From Candidatus Uhrbacteria bacterium (GTDB lineage: Bacteria; Patescibacteriota; Patescibacteriia; UBA9934; GWF2-40-263): a stretch of 64,000 nt of DNA. Made by a program: the position numbers and the translations under genes. Numbering within the stretch: position 1 is the first letter of the stretch; each line of letters begins with the position of its first letter. Below are positions 58,322 through 64,000 of this stretch, in pieces. The notes below the pieces were generated by a model. That model was not told the origin of the DNA, made no database searches, and saw only the letters and a program-made list of their open reading frames with translations. The DNA is taken from positions 6,723 through 70,722 of the forward strand of contig JACRJU010000012.1 in assembly GCA_016219925.1 (NCBI GenBank), read 5' to 3'.

Positions 58322-59430
58322 ATATCATAAAGGGAGACTTCCGTTTGAATGGCTCGTTCAAGTGAGGCGTAGCCAACGATGAATTCATGCGCCGTCATCC
58401 CAAGCTTGGCTCGTTGAGCCGGATCAGCAAGAAGACTTGTGATCGCCTGTCGGATGGACGAGGAATTCGTCTCGCATAACACACCGGTTTTCCCATCCTC
58501 AATGAGAGAGGCAATCCCCTCGACGTTCGTACCGATTACAGGGAGTCCACAAGCCATCGCCTCTAAGAGGGCTTTGGGGTTGCCCTCGTGAAGAGAGGGG
58601 AGGACAAAGAGTTCACACGTATTGAGTGCCTCAGGAAGCTGTTCGTTTGGGATATTCCCGCGGAAGCTCGCGTGGACCCCGAGTCGTTGTGCTTGTTGTT
58701 CGAGCGTCATTCGTAAAGGGCCGTCGCCATACAGTACTAAGTGGATGTTCGTTCCCTGGAGTGACTCGATAAGGTTCGTGAGGTTTTTTTCAGGTGAGAG
58801 CCTTCCCACGAAGCACACACGGTCGTTTTCTTTTTTGATGTCCGTGAAGGGGCGGAAGTGTTCTGAATCGACGTAGTTTGGGATCACATGGACCTTTTGC
58901 CCAGGGATTTGGTACCGGCGGACGATGTAGTCTGCCGCCGCTCGTGTCGTTACAATGACGATCCGTGCCGCGCGGTAGACCCAAGCCTCGATCCATTCGA
59001 TCATCAGTCGTTTAGAATAACGGGAGTATTTTTGCTTATGGAATAACGACCACTGATATCCCGCACGGACGATGAGGGGTTTGCGGAAAAACCAATGTGT
59101 GAGAAGGGCAGGGATGGCGCCAGCGACTTGATGGATGCGGATGACGTCGGCATGTTTCAGAGTGCGCCAGTAAACGAAGGGGAGAAGTGTGCCGTAGAGA
59201 AGATTTGGAACGGGGAATTGTTTGGGAAAAATTTTTATGTGACCACGAAGTCGGTCGACGTAGCGATGATCGTTGCGTCCGTAAGTAAAGAACCAAACTT
59301 CGCCAACGCGAGCGGCGAGCTCCTCATAAAATCGGACCTCACGCGAAAACATTCCGCGCTTCTCCCAAAGCTCGAGAGAAACGCCGTGCGTGAAAAAGAC
59401 TGCGAGCGTGCGTTTAGGTGTGTGTGTCAT
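58318..59430 (-). CDS. Glycosyltransferase family 4
   Basis: IPNYVD, VGRLSPEKN, EGNPKALLEAMACG. Confidence 0.92.
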   Translation of the reverse strand: MTHTPKRTLAVFFTHGVSLELWEKRGMFSREVRFYEELAARVGEVWFFTYGRNDHRYVDRLRGHIKIFPKQFPVPNLLYGTLLPFVYWRTLKHADVIRIHQVAGAIPALLTHWFFRKPLIVRAGYQWSLFHKQKYSRYSKRLMIEWIEAWVYRAARIVIVTTRAAADYIVRRYQIPGQKVHVIPNYVDSEHFRPFTDIKKENDRVCFVGRLSPEKNLTNLIESLQGTNIHLVLYGDGPLRMTLEQQAQRLGVHASFRGNIPNEQLPEALNTCELFVLPSLHEGNPKALLEAMACGLPVIGTNVEGIASLIEDGKTGVLCETNSSSIRQAITSLLADPAQRAKLGMTAHEFIVGYASLERAIQTEVSLYDI

Positions 59431-60268
59431 GTGGGGCTGGGGCGTCACGGTGTTCCATCTCTACCAAACTTGAGTTGTTTTCAATTATCTCCTGAAGGAA
59501 TCGTGGGTTGTAGCCCTTGCTTTTGGCCGCCTGCACGAGGGCCAGAATGTCCTTAGGCAGGCATTTTCCTTTGAATCCCCGGTCGCTTGGGAACACGGCC
59601 GTATGCATCCGCTCGACGCGTGGATCCAGGAGCCAACCCTCTCGCACCGCGTACCAGTCCGCCCCGAGAGCCTGGCAGATGTTGTACATCTCGTTGATAA
59701 AGGTGAGCTTGATCGCGAAGTAGGTGTTCTCCATGTACTTGATGACTTCTGCGGAGAGGCTTGTTGTTTTGAAGTAGGTTTTGGTCGGCCCAAGGATTGG
59801 GATGAGCAAATCGAAGTAGTCATTGCAATCTTGGTCGCTTCCACCCGCGATCACAAACGGCACCTCCTTCATGTTATTGTTGAAGAACGGATTGTAGTAC
59901 TTGCTCTCCCCCACGTATTCGGGTGAGAACACAAGCCGCTTCCCGCTCTTCGTGCGCAGTTCATCGGTGGTGCCGGGTGTCACCGTTGATTTTATGACGA
60001 TAAGCTGACTATTCAAGTTTTCCAATGTCCTTTCGACGAGTGAGACATCACAACTTCCATCTTCCGCTTGTGGTGTTGGGACGCAAATTGCGCTCAGGCA
60101 GCAATCTTCAAATCCATTTAGTGAGTTTGTAAAGGTGATGTTCCCTTGATTGTGTTCTGGTGTGTAGGCAGGATCATAGATCATCACGTCATAGTGATTT
60201 TTCACCATATTGACGAAAGCCTTTCCGACGTAGCCGTAACCAATCACGGCGATTTTTTTCTGTGGCAT
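59414..60268 (-). CDS. UDP-glucose/GDP-mannose dehydrogenase family, short form
   Basis: IGYGYVG, CVPTP, IKSTVTPGTT, SPE, KYMEN, GKCLPKD; no C-terminal UDP-binding domain. Confidence 0.85.
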   Translation of the reverse strand: MPQKKIAVIGYGYVGKAFVNMVKNHYDVMIYDPAYTPEHNQGNITFTNSLNGFEDCCLSAICVPTPQAEDGSCDVSLVERTLENLNSQLIVIKSTVTPGTTDELRTKSGKRLVFSPEYVGESKYYNPFFNNNMKEVPFVIAGGSDQDCNDYFDLLIPILGPTKTYFKTTSLSAEVIKYMENTYFAIKLTFINEMYNICQALGADWYAVREGWLLDPRVERMHTAVFPSDRGFKGKCLPKDILALVQAAKSKGYNPRFLQEIIENNSSLVEMEHRDAPAPHDTHT

Positions 60269-60269
60269 A

Positions 60270-61232
60270 TTATATTTTGTAGTATTCTTTATACCACTTT
60301 ACAAACCGTTCGATCCCTTCTTTAAGTCCTACGCGTGGTTCCCACCCAAGCAGCGCGCGAGCACGAGAATTGTCAGCATAGGTTCGTATGACGTCGCCCG
60401 GCTGCATCGGCAGGAATTTTTTTTGTGCTTCTTTCTGACAGCATTGTTCGATGAATTCGATACATTCCATGAGAGCATTTGGATTGCCTTGGCCCAGATT
60501 GATAATTTCCCACGGCAAGTTTTTTTCGAATGCTTTGACCGTTCCGTCTACGATGTCATCGATATAAGTGAAATCACGTTCCGTTTGTCCGTGGCCATAA
60601 ATATCAATGGTTTCCCCATTCAGGACTTGATGCGTGAATTTGAAAATGGCCATATCAGGCCGACCCCACGGACCGTACACTGTGAAGTAGCGCAGACAAG
60701 TGATCGGGATGTTGTAGAGGTGGTGATACGAGTGTGCAATCGCTTCGAGGCTTTTTTTAGTCGCTCCGTAAAGAGAGATCGGCATGTCGGTCGAGTCTTC
60801 TTCACTCACGGGGTAGCGTTTTGCATTCCCATAGACCGACGAGCTCGATGCGACGGTCATGCCTTTGACACCAAATTTTTTGGCGAGTTCAAAAAGATTG
60901 ATCGATCCGACCAGATTTGAATCGGAGTAGAGAAACGGATTTTCCATGGAATAACGCACTCCGGCTTGGGCCGCCAGATGGATGATATGATCTATGCGAT
61001 GCTCTTGGAAGATATCACCGAGAGCGTCATAATTTTTGATATCAAGGCGGTAGACTCGGTAGTCTCCTTCAAGCAAGCGATTGATTCTCGCTTCTTTTAA
61101 AGAGGGTTCGTAGTAATCATTGAAATTATCGACAATAATGACTCTATGTCCGGCCTCTAGGAGTTTTTTTGCGGTATGAACACCAATAAAACCAGCTCCT
61201 CCAGTTACAAGAATCGTTTTGGTTTCGGGCAT
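60270..61232 (-). CDS. NAD-dependent UDP-glucuronate 4-epimerase-like protein
   Basis: TGGAGFIG, HLAAQAGVRYS, SSSSVYG, YGATK, VYGPWGRPDMA, MQPGDV. Confidence 0.92.
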   Translation of the reverse strand: MPETKTILVTGGAGFIGVHTAKKLLEAGHRVIIVDNFNDYYEPSLKEARINRLLEGDYRVYRLDIKNYDALGDIFQEHRIDHIIHLAAQAGVRYSMENPFLYSDSNLVGSINLFELAKKFGVKGMTVASSSSVYGNAKRYPVSEEDSTDMPISLYGATKKSLEAIAHSYHHLYNIPITCLRYFTVYGPWGRPDMAIFKFTHQVLNGETIDIYGHGQTERDFTYIDDIVDGTVKAFEKNLPWEIINLGQGNPNALMECIEFIEQCCQKEAQKKFLPMQPGDVIRTYADNSRARALLGWEPRVGLKEGIERFVKWYKEYYKI

Positions 61233-61297
61233 AGCGGCTGTATTTTACACAGAATTTTAAATAGAGCACAATGTGAGACATATCGCAAAATGCCTGT

Positions 61298-63325
61298 ATG
61301 AAACAGAGTATCCTTTTGACATGGATGAAGATTGGCCTCTACGCGCTTCCATTCACTTCTCTCATCTTTTGGAAACGACTGGATTATTTTTTTGATTCCA
61401 CGAAAAGTTTTTTTGTCATGGGACTTAGTGAACTTCTGTTTGTTGGATTTTTCTGGCTCATCCACGCTCATCCGCAATTTCGACCCAGATGGAATGCTGT
61501 TTCCATAGCCTTCGTACTTTATCTTGCGGTTGTCGTCTTTGTTTCACTTATCGGGGTTGATCCATTTTTGAGTTTTTGGGCAAGTACAGATCGTATCAAC
61601 GGTGTTTTGTTTTTGCTTCATTTAGGAGGGATTTTTTTCGTCCTTTCATCGGTATTACGTACGCAGGAAGATTGGAATATCTTTTTTTTGGTCAACAGCA
61701 TGATCGCTCTATTGGTTTGTTTTGTATTTTTTCTTTCATTTCTTGATCCCTCTTTTTTTTCATATTCCAAAGCAGGATCGACACTCGGCAACTCGACGTA
61801 TCTTGGGGCTTACCTGCTCTTTAGTATCTTTTTCAGCGCACTTTTAGCCGTGACCGGACGATCGAGTAATGTCCGAAAATACGGATTTATCACAGCCATT
61901 TTTTTTGCTTTAACAATTTTTTTTACTTCCGCACTCGCGGCTAAAGGAGCTCTGATGGGTGGGGCTGTGCTTGCGCTCGGGTTATTTCTTATTTCTTCAC
62001 CCAAAAGGACGAAGAAAAAACGGAATATTGGTTGGGCAATTTTACTTGTTCTTGTTGCCTTGTTCATATTTGTTTCTATTTCTGTATTTTTTCCTGACTC
62101 GTTTGTCCAAAAAGCATTTATAAAAGCCTCATCCGCCGCACGTTTGGTTGTTTGGCAGATCGCCTGGCGTGCGTTTTTAGACCGTCCCATATTTGGATGG
62201 GGACTTGAAAATTTTCAAACAGCATTTGCCAATCATTTTATCCCTTGCTTTGGCTCCAAGGTATGTGGAACAGAAGTGTGGTATGACAGAGCTCACAACA
62301 ACGTATTGGATTTGCTGGTTGATGGCGGAGTCATTTTATTATTTGCATATTTAAGTCTTTTATATGCTGGGGTGTGGCAGATTTGGAAAACACAGATGAG
62401 CAAATATACCGCACCTGTTGTTGCCGTTTTGTTTACGACATTTATTACCGCACTGTTTGTTCATAATTTGGTCGAATTTGATGTTACTATTACATTATTA
62501 TTCTTTGTTGTTGTTCTTTCATTTGCCAGTGCAAGTGTGTCATTTGTTCATAAGGATCAAGTTGAGCCGGTATCCATTGGTCCGACTCACAAGCAAAAGT
62601 TCTATCTGTTCATAGCTGTGATTATTACCCTCTTGTCTCCACTTGTTTTTTATTACGCGGTTGTCTCTCCTTGGCTGACAAACCAAACGATACGAGTCGT
62701 GCAAGCAAAAACAATGATAGAGAGATCACCTGAGTATGAAAAAATGATTGATGGTTCACCTGTCGGGATTGATTTTCGTCGCGTTTTTCTTGCTGGCGAA
62801 ACAGCGAAGTTGGTTTTTGGTGGGAATATGGCGCGGCGTGAGAAGTTGTCCGAACCGATACGAAGAGAAATCGATCTAGCTATCAATGGTCTTGAACAGA
62901 CGATTAATCGCGCACCAAACTATGTACGTGGGTTTGATTTAGCGACGTTGCTCTATCAGATGAAGGCGCGTTACTACAACGATCCAGACGCGCTTGTTCG
63001 TGCCGAGACGATTGCGCGGCGTTCACTCGCTCTCAACTCTCGGAATCAACAGGCGTATTGGGCGTTGTCGGCGATTTTGATCGAGCAAAACAGAGAAGAA
63101 GAGGCATTTGCACTTTTGGAGACGGCTATTCGTTTGGATCCTGATGTTCCGGATTCATATATTAAAAAATTAGCCGCATTTAAATTAATAGGAAGAGAGG
63201 AAGAATTTAGTGCGCTGGAAGCGGAGGTTGTCAGGCGATTTCCCTTGCGAAAAGCTCAAATAAGCGATCTCGCGTCAGTCAAACCCACTGATGGAAAAGA
63301 TTGGTTGTATACGGTTTTCTATTAA
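61298..63325 (+). CDS. O-antigen ligase/O-oligosaccharyltransferase family protein with C-terminal TPR-like helices
   Basis: Many TM segments; STLGN, R..VW..AW, RPIFGWGLENF, DRAHN. Confidence 0.88.
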   Translation: MKQSILLTWMKIGLYALPFTSLIFWKRLDYFFDSTKSFFVMGLSELLFVGFFWLIHAHPQFRPRWNAVSIAFVLYLAVVVFVSLIGVDPFLSFWASTDRINGVLFLLHLGGIFFVLSSVLRTQEDWNIFFLVNSMIALLVCFVFFLSFLDPSFFSYSKAGSTLGNSTYLGAYLLFSIFFSALLAVTGRSSNVRKYGFITAIFFALTIFFTSALAAKGALMGGAVLALGLFLISSPKRTKKKRNIGWAILLVLVALFIFVSISVFFPDSFVQKAFIKASSAARLVVWQIAWRAFLDRPIFGWGLENFQTAFANHFIPCFGSKVCGTEVWYDRAHNNVLDLLVDGGVILLFAYLSLLYAGVWQIWKTQMSKYTAPVVAVLFTTFITALFVHNLVEFDVTITLLFFVVVLSFASASVSFVHKDQVEPVSIGPTHKQKFYLFIAVIITLLSPLVFYYAVVSPWLTNQTIRVVQAKTMIERSPEYEKMIDGSPVGIDFRRVFLAGETAKLVFGGNMARREKLSEPIRREIDLAINGLEQTINRAPNYVRGFDLATLLYQMKARYYNDPDALVRAETIARRSLALNSRNQQAYWALSAILIEQNREEEAFALLETAIRLDPDVPDSYIKKLAAFKLIGREEEFSALEAEVVRRFPLRKAQISDLASVKPTDGKDWLYTVFY

Positions 63326-63404
63326 ACGAATTATGTCACAATCGCTTAAGTTGTGGATCAGTTTGATATTAACGAAAGAAAGTACTCGATTTTTAAAGAA
63401 TTCT

Positions 63405-64000
63405 ATGCGGAATAATAAAATCGATTCCTTGCTGTTATGGGGTTCAAAAATTGGTATTTTTACCTTGCTTTTTGTTCCTCTCGTTTTTTGGTATCCCATT
63501 CTTTTCCCTCTTGTTTCTACAAAAGTTTTTTTTGTCTTTGTTTTGTCGCAGATGGTAAGTCTGTTATTCGTTTGGCTTTTATGGCGCCTGCCATCTTTGC
63601 ATCCCCCGGCGGATCATCCTCTTGTGAAAGCTGTCGTTGTATACGTTGCCGTAATCCTTCTTTCTACAATTTTTAGTGTTTACCCGTCGCAAAGTTTTTG
63701 GGGAACTTATGAGCGCAGTGAGAGCGTTTTGGTTTGGATTCATTTACTGGCAATTTTTTTGATCGTGATATCGCTGTTTCGCACCAAAAAAGATTGGCTT
63801 CAGATCGCAGGAATTTCGACCGTCGTGGGAATTATCGTCAGTGCCGTTTTCTTGCTTAATGCTGGAGGGCTCTTTCCATTTTTTTCTTATTTGAACAGCG
63901 GTTCGACATTTGGAAATTCGAGTTTTCTTGGGACGTACCTTATTTTCGCCATTTTTTTCTCCCTCTTTCTTTTTTTCCAAAGTGAAAGCAAGAAGGGAAG
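63405..64000 (+). CDS. Second O-antigen-ligase-like paralog (3' truncated by window)
   Basis: Frame open from ATG 63333/63405 to the window end; SFWGTYER and GSTFGNSSFLGTYL match SFWASTDR and GSTLGNSTYLGAYL of the upstream gene. Confidence 0.82.
   Translation, partial: MRNNKIDSLLLWGSKIGIFTLLFVPLVFWYPILFPLVSTKVFFVFVLSQMVSLLFVWLLWRLPSLHPPADHPLVKAVVVYVAVILLSTIFSVYPSQSFWGTYERSESVLVWIHLLAIFLIVISLFRTKKDWLQIAGISTVVGIIVSAVFLLNAGGLFPFFSYLNSGSTFGNSSFLGTYLIFAIFFSLFLFFQSESKKG

Noticed and set aside
1-64000. Alternative genetic code (TGA recoding as in Gracilibacteria/Absconditabacteria)
   Set aside because: Conserved genes are full length under code 11 and several end in TGA.

Overview
Chromosomal window from a bacterium of the Patescibacteria/CPR type (inferred from the gene repertoire: DUF4012 protein, VirB2/TrbC-like pilin, short Ugd, mostly SD-less starts; genetic code 11). 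It carries housekeeping genes (ruvA, trpS, rnj, secG, uvrA, rplS, cmk, rluA-family, CCA-adding enzyme), four tRNAs (Arg-CCG, Leu-CAG, Ile-UAU, Val-GAC) and an expanded RNase P RNA. A GC-rich, Shine-Dalgarno-led deoC-ALDH16-deoB deoxyribose catabolism block lies between trpS and rnpB. There are two surface-glycan loci. The larger (about 36.8-64 kb) contains a module made of a divergent DAHP/KDO8P-synthase-like aldolase (KPRT motif changed to KPLT), an AroE-like dehydrogenase, a Gfo/Idh/MocA dehydrogenase, a CMP-ulosonate synthetase, a GT2 fused to a degenerate cytidylyltransferase, and an HP-motif GT-B protein. This module is the best candidate for an undescribed pathway, making and transferring an unusual CMP-activated ulosonic acid. 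Other signals are TGTCATCCTGAGCG-type palindromic repeats (intergenic and in-frame inside genes), homopolymer-linked fusion and frameshift of two methyltransferases, and a structured leader upstream of rnj. No CRISPR array, integrase, transposase or rRNA was seen. All calls come from motif reading only; no database searches were run.
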